Source: Bdellovibrionota bacterium FG-2 (lineage in GTDB: Bacteria; Bdellovibrionota; UBA1018). From it: 11,259 nt of DNA. The stretch is taken from NCBI GenBank assembly GCA_051382305.1, contig JBBCAV010000246.1, positions 1 to 11,259 of the forward strand, written 5' to 3'. The position numbers were made by a program, and so were the translations under genes. Shown here in pieces: positions 1 to 7,187 of the stretch. The notes beneath the pieces are model-generated. The model made no database searches. It saw only the letters and a list, made by a program, of their open reading frames with translations, and was not told the origin of the DNA. Every line of letters starts with the position of its first letter. The first letter of the stretch is position 1.

Positions 1-917
1 ACTCCAGTCTCTCTCGAAAAATGTTTGCGCTCCTAGACGCATTCACGCCGGTTTACGAAGCCGTGAGTATTGACGAGGGCTACCTTGATATGACTGGAAC
101 GGAGCACTTGTGGGGGCCCCCGATGGAGGCTGCTGTCCTCTTGCGCGCCCGAATTCTCAAGGAAACCCAACTGACCGTGTCTGTAGGAATCGCTTCAAAT
201 CGCTTGGTCGCAAAAGTCGCCAGTGATTATTGCAAGCCCGATAATCTATATTGGGTGAAGCCAGGAGAGGAGGCGGCGTTTTTAGCGCCGCTTGAGATTA
301 AGTGCCTCCCGGGGTGTGGCCAGGTGACGCAAGAATGGCTTCATTCGCAGGGCGTTTTTTTGATTCGGGCTCTCCAACAGTTTTCTCTGTCTACGCTCGA
401 GCGGGAGCTCGGAAAATTTGGGGGCTACCTGCATGACTCTGCTTGGGGGCGCGGCAGCACCGCTTTTTACGAAGAAGCCAAGGCCCGCTCTCTTTCGCGC
501 GAAAGGACTTTTGACAAAAACGTCGCCGATTCTTCTGCTCTTAAGCGCAACCTCTGGGAAATGGCGGCAGAGCTGGGTCGAAACCTTCGCGAGGACGAGG
601 ATTTTGCGAGAGTCGTAAGACTAAAACTTCGCTATCCTCCTTTTGAAACGGTGACGCGTCAGCGCGTTCTGGATGTTCCCACGCAACGGGATTCCGTGAT
701 CTACGAGATGCTTGAGCTGCTTTTTGAGGAGCATTGGAATCCCGGGCATGCGCTCAGGCTGATTGGCGCCGGATGTGTTTTAAACGAAGGCGCGGTTCAG
801 TTGGGCCTTTTTGAGGATACGGGAGAGGCCGCAAAGCAAGATACTTTGGATCGCATGAAAGATCTATTGTGCAAAAAATTTGGTGATAATGCACTTAAGA
901 CGGGGCGGGATCTTTGA
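1..917 (+). CDS. dinB: DNA polymerase IV (Y-family), 5'-truncated by the window edge
   Basis: Contains the catalytic SIDEGYLD motif, TVSVGIASNRLVAKVASDYCKPD, HhH LPGCG, little-finger SLSRERTF...VRLKLRY and C-terminal QLGLF. The frame is open upstream of ATG 21 to the window start (SSLSRK), and the N-terminal DMDxF motif is absent, so the true start lies upstream. Confidence 0.96.
   Translation, partial: SSLSRKMFALLDAFTPVYEAVSIDEGYLDMTGTEHLWGPPMEAAVLLRARILKETQLTVSVGIASNRLVAKVASDYCKPDNLYWVKPGEEAAFLAPLEIKCLPGCGQVTQEWLHSQGVFLIRALQQFSLSTLERELGKFGGYLHDSAWGRGSTAFYEEAKARSLSRERTFDKNVADSSALKRNLWEMAAELGRNLREDEDFARVVRLKLRYPPFETVTRQRVLDVPTQRDSVIYEMLELLFEEHWNPGHALRLIGAGCVLNEGAVQLGLFEDTGEAAKQDTLDRMKDLLCKKFGDNALKTGRDL
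798..812 (+). other. Beta-clamp-binding motif QLGLF of DinB
   Basis: CAG TTG GGC CTT TTT encodes QLGLF, matching the QL[S/D]LF clamp-binding consensus near the C-terminus. Confidence 0.75.
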
Positions 918-1669
918 GAACCAGAATTTCAATCCTGCTCGGAGTGGCTCTGCTCGCGGCTACATTTGTCGTGTTTCGCGCAAAGCGTGAGCCGGTGCGG
1001 ATTGCGGTTATCGATACGGGGGAGCATGGGGCGCAAGTTGCGCTGGAGATTTCAGCTCGTTGCCCGGAGTGCAAGATTATCCCGATTCAGATTTCCGCGA
1101 GTGGAGCCGCGATTCGTTTATCGGATATTATGAAGGCACTCGAAGAAGCCCTCAATCTTGGCGCCGGCGTCGTGAATTTTTCGTTTGGTGTCGTAAATGC
1201 TTCAGAGGCCGATGCGGCTTTGCTTCGTGAAACAATCGCACGAGCGCTTTCTAGGAATGTCGTCTTAGTCGCGGCCGCGGGACTCGGGGTGCCCAACCCG
1301 TTTCGGCCCTTGCCATTGGCGCAACTTTTTCCCCACTCAGTGGGCGGGTTGATCGTCGTGGGGGCGGCCCGCAGTCTTGATGCCCCCGACCCCTTGAGTA
1401 ACTACGGCGAACTGCTTGACCTTGTCGTACTTCAGTCGGATGCCCCTCGCGCAGGTTTTTTGAACTCAAGTCTCGCTTCGGCGCGTGTTTCAGGCGTGGT
1501 GGGAAAGTTTCTCTCAAAATCACGGTCAGTCTTTACGCCGGCTAAAATCAAAGAATTGCTAAAGGGTGCGGCACAGCCAGCACCGCCTAATCTTTCTCCT
1601 GAAGACAAGGGGAGAATGGGGGCGGGGGCTCTTGATATCGACGCGTTTCAAAGGACGTCTGGGCGTTAG
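914..1669 (+). CDS. Compact S8 (subtilisin-like) peptidase homolog with N-terminal membrane anchor or signal
   Basis: Has IAVIDTG (Asp), EHG (His), VVNFSFG, VLVAAAG, LIVVGA, SNYG, NSSLASARVSG (aligns to GTSMAAPHVAG) and terminal MGAGALD. N-terminus is hydrophobic. TTG start overlaps the dinB TGA (TTGA). Confidence 0.8.
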   Translation: MRTRISILLGVALLAATFVVFRAKREPVRIAVIDTGEHGAQVALEISARCPECKIIPIQISASGAAIRLSDIMKALEEALNLGAGVVNFSFGVVNASEADAALLRETIARALSRNVVLVAAAGLGVPNPFRPLPLAQLFPHSVGGLIVVGAARSLDAPDPLSNYGELLDLVVLQSDAPRAGFLNSSLASARVSGVVGKFLSKSRSVFTPAKIKELLKGAAQPAPPNLSPEDKGRMGAGALDIDAFQRTSGR

Positions 1670-3164
1670 AACTACTTCTTGATCCGATGTCTGCGAAGCG
1701 AAAGAAACCAGCCGACGTCCTTGTGTGAATCATCGAGCGCGGGCAAGAGACTTAGGAGCTCGTGGCGAGGCGGGCCTTTCTTCGAAAGGGTAATCGAGAC
1801 AAACTGCGAGAGTCTGAGTTTCTCGACACCTTCTTTGAAGTTCTTGCCATCCACCGCTTTGTCATCGGTCATTTCTTTGAAGAGGTCTCGCAACAGTGCA
1901 TTAGTGATGAGTTGTTTGGGGGAGGTCGCAGAATCAGGGTTTGCGAAAAGAGTTTCAAGTGCCGCAATCTTCTCGGGAACAGAAAGTGTTAAAAGGTGAA
2001 ACTCCCCTAATGCATGAGCCCACGCTTCGGCAGGTTGATCTTCGCCAAACGTCGTCACGGCAATCATGAGTTCCTTTTGCTCGGCAGTGAAAAAATTGCC
2101 CTGCCTCAAGGTGATCTGATCAAAAGCTTCAGCTTCGATTTTATTCGTCCGTTTCGCGATCAGTGCTTCGAGAGCTTTCGATCCTTCGTCTGAACCCGAA
2201 TTGCCGATGAGCAGGGTGGCTCCCACTTTGAGGGCCGCTTCTACGGAACTCACGCCTAGGTCGCCGATCGCACCGTCCGCGACAGGGACAACGATCGTTT
2301 TGTGGGCATATTTCGTTGCGGCCTCGGCAGTGAGCTCGCCTTCTAGGCGGGTGTCCCAGATGTCAAAGTTGAGCTGGGCTAGTTTGGCCGAGGCATCCAT
2401 TCGGCTAGCAATCAAGTTGGATCCCAAGATCACCAGGCCATTGGCGGTTTCATTGTAGGTCCAACGCTTGGAAGAATCGACTTTGAAGCGATGCTTGCCA
2501 AGCAACCAGTTGCCTTCGAACACTCGAATTTCGAATTCGAGAGTCTTAAAGGAATTTTACTCGTCCACTTCGAACGAAAACCCGGCGTCAACGGCGGCCC
2601 CTGCAGCGATCACGCTGAGCTGCTGGGACTCAGGTGTGAGGGTGGCCAGGTGATCCACGGAAGCAAAGGTAACACGAACCGGGTTGGCAGAAGCTTGGGT
2701 GCTGCGGTTTTGAATTTTGATCGCCACGGGGTTGGCTTGACCCGGAATCGCAAAATTTTAGACCTGAACTGCGGGCACAATATAAGGATAGGCCGCCTTT
2801 AATGTGAATTGTTGAGTTGCTAGCAAGGTCGTCCCTTGGGAAACTTCGACTTTCAAAATGTGCTCACTGCCGGGTTCGGCAAACTCGGCTAGACGAAATT
2901 TACCAATTTCGGTCAGGAGCACTTTTGATTGTGCAGGGATTTTGCGTAAAACAATCGTTTGATTTGCGGGAAGAAGTGCTGCTGATTGAGAGATCAGGCG
3001 TACCCGAACCTCGTTCTTTTTGCGAGATTTTTCCAAAGTTGCGAAGCGCTAATTTGAGCGTTGCGACTTCACCCGGAGCGAAAATCGTGTCGTGGTTGGA
3101 ATCAACGACTTCGCCGCCATCGATCTTAAAGACTGCGTGAGTGGTGAAAAAGGCCACGCGATCT

Positions 3165-3605
3165 TGGTAGGCTTTCTTCTCGGCGATCAGGTAGGTTTTT
3201 GAAAAATTTTCGTCATAGCCTGTTTTGTCGCCGGCTGCGAAACCTTGGTTGTAATCGTTAGTGTAGGCTTCGTTTTTGCCGCGGTCAAAACCCTGCGCAT
3301 AACCCGTTTTTCGTCCCTCTTCTACGCGAGTGGGAAACGCTTTTTGATAAGCGTCGTTAGAGGCTTTCTGAAAGGCCGGGGTATAGATTCCATCGTAAGC
3401 TTGTTTGTAGGCCGCATCGTAGGAAGCTTTGAATGCGGCGTTATAAGCGGACTTATAATCTTGAGAGAAGTCCTGATTGATGGCGTGGGTGTACGCGACT
3501 TTGTAGGCTTCGTCATAATGAAAGTGATAGGCGTCTTGGTAAACATTGTCGAATGTGTCTGCGGCCGTTTTCTTGAAAGCATAATCGTAGGCATTCAAAT
3601 AGGCT
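3165..3605 (-). repeat. Coding (A/G)(Y/F)xx aromatic tetrad repeat
   Basis: AYLN AYDY AFKK...AYHF HYDE AYKV AYTH...AYNA AFKA SYDA AYKQ AYDG...GYAQ GFDR...GYDE, with 4-residue periodicity. Confidence 0.85.
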
Positions 3606-3635
3606 TTTTCCACTTGCGCGTTTGGAAACTTCCCG

Positions 3636-3914
3636 CCCGGCTTCAAACCCAGCGAGCAAGCCTTGTGTCCGACCCGATTGTTCGCCATCGTAAGCGCCCG
3701 TAGCTTGTCCGTCCTGCGCACCTTTTGCGCCGCCTTGGGAGGCGCCATCGAAATTCCCCTTTTGCATCCCCGCGTTTTTTGCCTGCGCAATCCCTTGGGC
3801 AATGCCTTCGTCGTGTCCTTCGCGGGTTCCCACTTCTTTGCCGTCTCGCGTACCTAGAAGTGCCCCTTGGCTGGCCCCTTCTTTCATGCCATCGGCGGTG
3901 CCTTCCGCTTCGCC
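3636..3914 (-). repeat. Coding GxxxG tetrad repeat (24 positions, 23 Gly)
   Basis: GEAE GTAD GMKE GASQ GALL GTRD GKEV GTRE GHDE GIAQ GIAQ AKNA GMQK GNFD GASQ GGAK GAQD GQAT GAYD GEQS GRTQ GLLA GFEA G. Confidence 0.9.
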
Positions 3915-5586
3915 TTGGGCAACGGCTTGTTCGATGGCAACTCGCAGATTTTCTTTGACCCAATCAAGGGTGGCCTTCGCGCTTGCAACAACTTGCGCCT
4001 GGTCATAGACGCCGTCCGCGACTTTGTCACGTTCGGCGGCTGCTTCGGCAGCCGCGTTTTGCAGTCCGGGGATTTGTTGTAAAACAGAAGTAAGCTGAGA
4101 TTGAAGGGGGGCGTTTTGAGAATAGATCGACGAGATTTGACTCTTAAGATCCTGAATCTTGGCGGTGTTTTGCGAGATCTGGTTTTTGAGTGTTGTAGTG
4201 CGAGTCTGGTTTTGGTTGAAGGCCTGCGACGCCTCATTAAGATTTGCAGTTACGCCTTGGAGTTGGCTTTTGATTTGCCCGGCCTGTTGGCTTGCCGTAT
4301 TGGCCTGTGCGCGCAGATTTTGCGCCTGTCTTTGCGCCTCAGCTAGGCCGTTTTCAGGGGAGCCCAGTTCTTGTCGCTTTTGATTGATACGCGAGTCGAT
4401 GGTGGATAGTTCGTTGCGAGCGACCTCTAATTTTCTTTGGGAATCATTCAAAGAATTTTGGGTGTTTTGCAATTCAGTCTGGGTGTTTGATAGTTGTCTT
4501 TCCGAAGCACTCAGTTGATTTGTCGCACCGGCGAGCGCGCGTTGAGCGACTGCGAGTTCTGTTTGGGCATCTTTAGCTTGCGCGCGCGCCGTCCGCGAAT
4601 TTTCTCAGCACCGGCGCGTTGGGGTCTGCCGCCGCCTCAGCTTGCGCGGCTTTTCGTTCGAGGTCGGCAGCTTGAGCGTCGAGTTCTCTTGCCCGGCCCG
4701 CTTTTTCTCTTGCCTTGGCCCCAGCGGAATCCACCTGAGAGCGAAGCCCTGGGATGTCTCGTTCCAATGAACTTCGGGCCCCTTCGAGTTGTCGCATTTT
4801 CTGTGTCAGTTGAGGGATCGCATCGCTTAATTGCGAAACCTGCGCGGAATAATCACGTTGTTGATTCTGGAGTTGCACCACGGCTGATCTGAGTTGGTCC
4901 GCGGTTGCTTTTTGTGAAGCCGCGCGCTGTTCGGCTGATTCCGCCTGCGCGCCCATTTGATTGGCCAGTGATTGAGCCTCATTGAAACGTCTTTCTAACG
5001 TGGCGGTTTCACTCTTTAGAGATTCAAGTCTATTGCTGAGCGCAGGTCTGGCGTAGTCCAGTTGTTGGAGTTCGGCTTGGGCGGCAGAAACTTCGTGGGA
5101 GAGGTCTTGAAGAGCTTGGGTATATTGTTGCAGATTTTGTGCATTTTGCTGAATCTTGGTCTGGAGTGAGGAGGCGAGGTTTGATTTTTCATCGAGAGTT
5201 TTTGCCGTTGATTGAGCCTTCGCCTCGAGCGTGGAGAGAATTCCTTGTAATGAATTTAGGATTGAAGCCGCTTCTTCATATTTTTTTTGATACTTGGGAA
5301 CGTCCAGATCGTCGGGCGAAACGCCTTGGCCGCCTCCGCCAATTGTGAAGCTATCCGCAAAAGCGGTGCTTGTTGTGAGACTTAGCAAAATCATAAATAG
5401 ATGCAGGCTCTTCATATGAATCAAATCCCCGTGTATTAAAAGACTTCTAGCGGCTGGCTGTGCAGATATCGAGCCACTCCCTTATCACAGCAACTGGAGG
5501 AAATTATTTATTTTGATTTGTCGCGTTAAAAAAGTGCAGGTGGAAACCGGGGTCAGACTGACGCCGCCGTTAGGGTCAAAATAGAA

Positions 5587-6027
5587 TCAGAAATCAATTT
5601 CTGGCGACATCTCGCAACTATAACGTTGGGCTATTGAGGTTTCGAAGTGATGGTCCATGCAAACGACGTTGTTCACTCCATACCAGGTTTGACCCATTCC
5701 CGAATCCGAGGGAACGCCCGCGCTGATGAGCGCATTTACAAGTGCCTTGGCTTTGCGGTTGTTGTCGGTTTCCGGAGAATTGCAGTCATAAGTGGGTCGA
5801 TTGAAGCGAGGGTCACTCGGATCAAGCGCCGTATTGTGATGTTTTGCGCAGGCGACGCGCTCAATGGAGTAGTACAGCGTTCCGGCGGCGCCCTCATAAT
5901 TTACGCCCAGAGCGACGAGTGCTGAAATCATGTTCTTCGCCTTTTTTCCGCTGATCTTGATCGCGGTCGGGGCGGCCTGGGAGGCGATTGAAAAGAGGAG
6001 GACAAGCGCTAGGATTAGTTTTTTCAT
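5587..6027 (-). CDS. Small secreted protein with two internal repeats (4 Cys, 2 His-His), function unknown
   Basis: ATG at 6027 gives the classic signal peptide MKKLILALVLLFSIASQA (146 aa). Duplicated module KAK..(I/V).AL...GV....G..YY/WY.....C..HH...Y.C. Confidence 0.8.
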   Translation of the reverse strand: MKKLILALVLLFSIASQAAPTAIKISGKKAKNMISALVALGVNYEGAAGTLYYSIERVACAKHHNTALDPSDPRFNRPTYDCNSPETDNNRKAKALVNALISAGVPSDSGMGQTWYGVNNVVCMDHHFETSIAQRYSCEMSPEIDF

Positions 6028-6129
6028 AAGTGGATGGGGAATATCACGCGCGTCGCAGTGCGTCAAGGCTCGATCTGGCTAAGGCTTTGCTTAAAATCGA
6101 CCTCGCTGTGCTGAGGTGCCAAAGTGAGG

Positions 6130-6187
6130 TTCCGCCGTAGGGAAGCTCGAGGCGTTAAGGGGGAGGGGTTGAGAGCTCCAGCTTCCC
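6130..6187. repeat. REP-like palindromic element, left copy
   Basis: TTCCGCCGTAGGGAAGCTCGAGGCGTTAAGGGGGAGGGGTTGAGAGCTCCAGCTTCCC. It has the GTAG tetranucleotide and TAGGGAAGCT/AGCTTCCCTA inverted arms, and is 56/58 identical to 7130-7187. Confidence 0.9.
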
Positions 6188-6242
6188 TATTGCGGAAATA
6201 GGGAAGATAGGGTTAGGGAGGTGAACAATACAATACGTTTCC

Positions 6243-6266
6243 GCGCGCCCCCAGGCGCGCCCCCAG
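6243..6266. repeat. 12-bp perfect tandem duplication GCGCGCCCCCAG x2
   Basis: Identical units at 6243-6254 and 6255-6266. Confidence 0.85.
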
Positions 6267-6280
6267 GCAACCGGCTTGCA
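6264..6280 (+). promoter_or_regulatory. Possible sigma-54 (-24/-12) promoter for the RAYT gene
   Basis: CAGGCAACCGGCTTGCA has GG (6266-6267), N10 and GC (6278-6279) with TTGCA, resembling TGGCAC-N5-TTGCA, just upstream of ATG 6294. Confidence 0.35.
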
Positions 6281-6293
6281 CTCTGTTTTGCCT

Positions 6294-7172
6294 ATGTGGA
6301 ATCATTGGACTGTTCGAGCAAACGCCCCTTATCAGCCGTTTAAGCAATTTGAAGAGGCCCATCCCGTTTGGAATTCTCTAAGAACCCACTTTCCAGACGC
6401 CTTGGGAGCGGTGCTCATGCCCAATCATTTTCACCTGCTTTTGCCGGCGAGTTTGCGGCTTGTGGCTCCTGCGAAGATTGCGGGACTGCTGAGTTCTATT
6501 AGTAAAAGACAAGGGATTGCGCAACTTTGGCAGCCGCGGGTTGAACCCACCGTGATTCCAGATTTGCGACATTTGAAAAGACAGGTGAGGTATGTGGCTC
6601 TCAATCCTTGTCGAAGCGACCTTTGTAATGATCCGCTTGAATGGATATGGTCCACCTATCGTGATGTGGCTGGCGCGACGGTACAACCGTGGGTCAAGGC
6701 TGAGACATTGGCCTGCATTTTGGGCGAAAGACAAAGAGATTTTCGAGTCCGATTTCACGCCTATGTGTCCGGAGATCCGTCAGTTGCGGTTGAAGGAACC
6801 GCGCCCCCAAAGCCCGCCGAACACTATTTGCTGCCACACTATTCGATAGGCGAAATCTTGATCGCGGCCGCTGCGGCCTCGCGGCGTTCCATTAAGGATG
6901 TGGCGCAAAATCGGAGCGCAGTACGCATGATATTCGTTCACCTTGCTCACCGCCACGGATGGAGCTATCCCGCGCTGCTTGCAAAAATCTGCGAAACTTC
7001 GCCGCGCGCAATTCGCTATATCCTTGAACTAAAACTAGAACATTCGGCACTGGAAGCGGCTGACTTATGTCTCGGGGACGCGCGTCTCAGGTGGGGATAT
7101 ATCGGTGAGAGGTTAGGTTTGGAGCGAGTTTCCGCCGTAGGGAAGTTCGAGGCGTTAAGGGGGAGAGGTTGA
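6294..7172 (+). CDS. REP-associated tyrosine transposase (RAYT/TnpA-REP, HUH Y1 family) with C-terminal helical/HTH extension
   Basis: N-terminal HWT, HUH motif VLMPNHFHLLL, LWQ, and catalytic Tyr region RYVALNP...PLEWIWSTY (RAYT-type Y..NP...W.WSS). ATG 6294 is preferred over TTG 6276. Flanked by GTAG palindromes. Confidence 0.9.
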   Translation: MWNHWTVRANAPYQPFKQFEEAHPVWNSLRTHFPDALGAVLMPNHFHLLLPASLRLVAPAKIAGLLSSISKRQGIAQLWQPRVEPTVIPDLRHLKRQVRYVALNPCRSDLCNDPLEWIWSTYRDVAGATVQPWVKAETLACILGERQRDFRVRFHAYVSGDPSVAVEGTAPPKPAEHYLLPHYSIGEILIAAAAASRRSIKDVAQNRSAVRMIFVHLAHRHGWSYPALLAKICETSPRAIRYILELKLEHSALEAADLCLGDARLRWGYIGERLGLERVSAVGKFEALRGRG

Positions 7173-7187
7173 GAGCTCCAGCTTCCC
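7130..7187. repeat. REP-like palindromic element, right copy
   Basis: TTCCGCCGTAGGGAAGTTCGAGGCGTTAAGGGGGAGAGGTTGAGAGCTCCAGCTTCCC. It differs from the left copy at 7146 and 7166. Confidence 0.9.

Larger units (their letters stand above)
1672..5415 (-). pseudogene. Interrupted gene for a ~1,245-aa exported coiled-coil / tetrad-repeat / Ig-like protein (true pseudogene or assembly errors)
   Basis: ORFs 4573-5424, 3513-4472, 2900-3802, 2758-3036 and 1672-2523 join into one coherent protein. Joins are net +1 shifts near 4600-4624, 3621-3623 and 3017-3032, plus in-frame TAA at 2758-2760 and 2557-2559. The stretch between the stops reads NFAIPGQANPVAIKIQNRS...FSFEVDE. ATG at 5415 gives signal peptide MKSLHLFMILLSLTTSTAFA, with GGGGA upstream. 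Confidence 0.85.
6130..7187 (+). mobile_element. RAYT-REP cassette (~1.06 kb) bounded by direct repeats
   Basis: A single HUH transposase gene between two near-identical 58-bp palindromic repeats offset by exactly 1,000 bp. Mobility is inferred, not shown. Confidence 0.6.

Noticed and set aside
2557-2760. Genome-wide TAA reassignment (alternative genetic code)
   Set aside because: ahcY ends at its conserved YRY with TAA, and no intact gene here contains an internal TAA.
1-4624. DinB as the cause of the neighbouring frameshifts (targeted mutagenesis system)
   Set aside because: DinB acts in trans with no known local targeting. Proximity is the only evidence, and sequencing error is the simpler explanation.
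3513-5424. SMC / chromosome segregation protein or FliH annotation
   Set aside because: There is a signal peptide, no Walker A/B or hinge, and no flagellar context. The similarity is only compositional.
5416-5586. Possible riboswitch or terminator upstream of the giant gene
   Set aside because: Only a weak GTCAG/CTGAC stem with almost no loop, separated from the T-run, and no recognisable aptamer consensus.
6294-7172. IS200/IS605 element with TnpB/IscB RNA-guided nuclease
   Set aside because: No RuvC or zinc-finger ORF is adjacent, and the motifs (NP...W.WS) are RAYT-type.
6130-7187. CRISPR array or LTR-like element
   Set aside because: There are only two copies, 58 bp long, separated by a whole gene, and no cas or reverse transcriptase genes.
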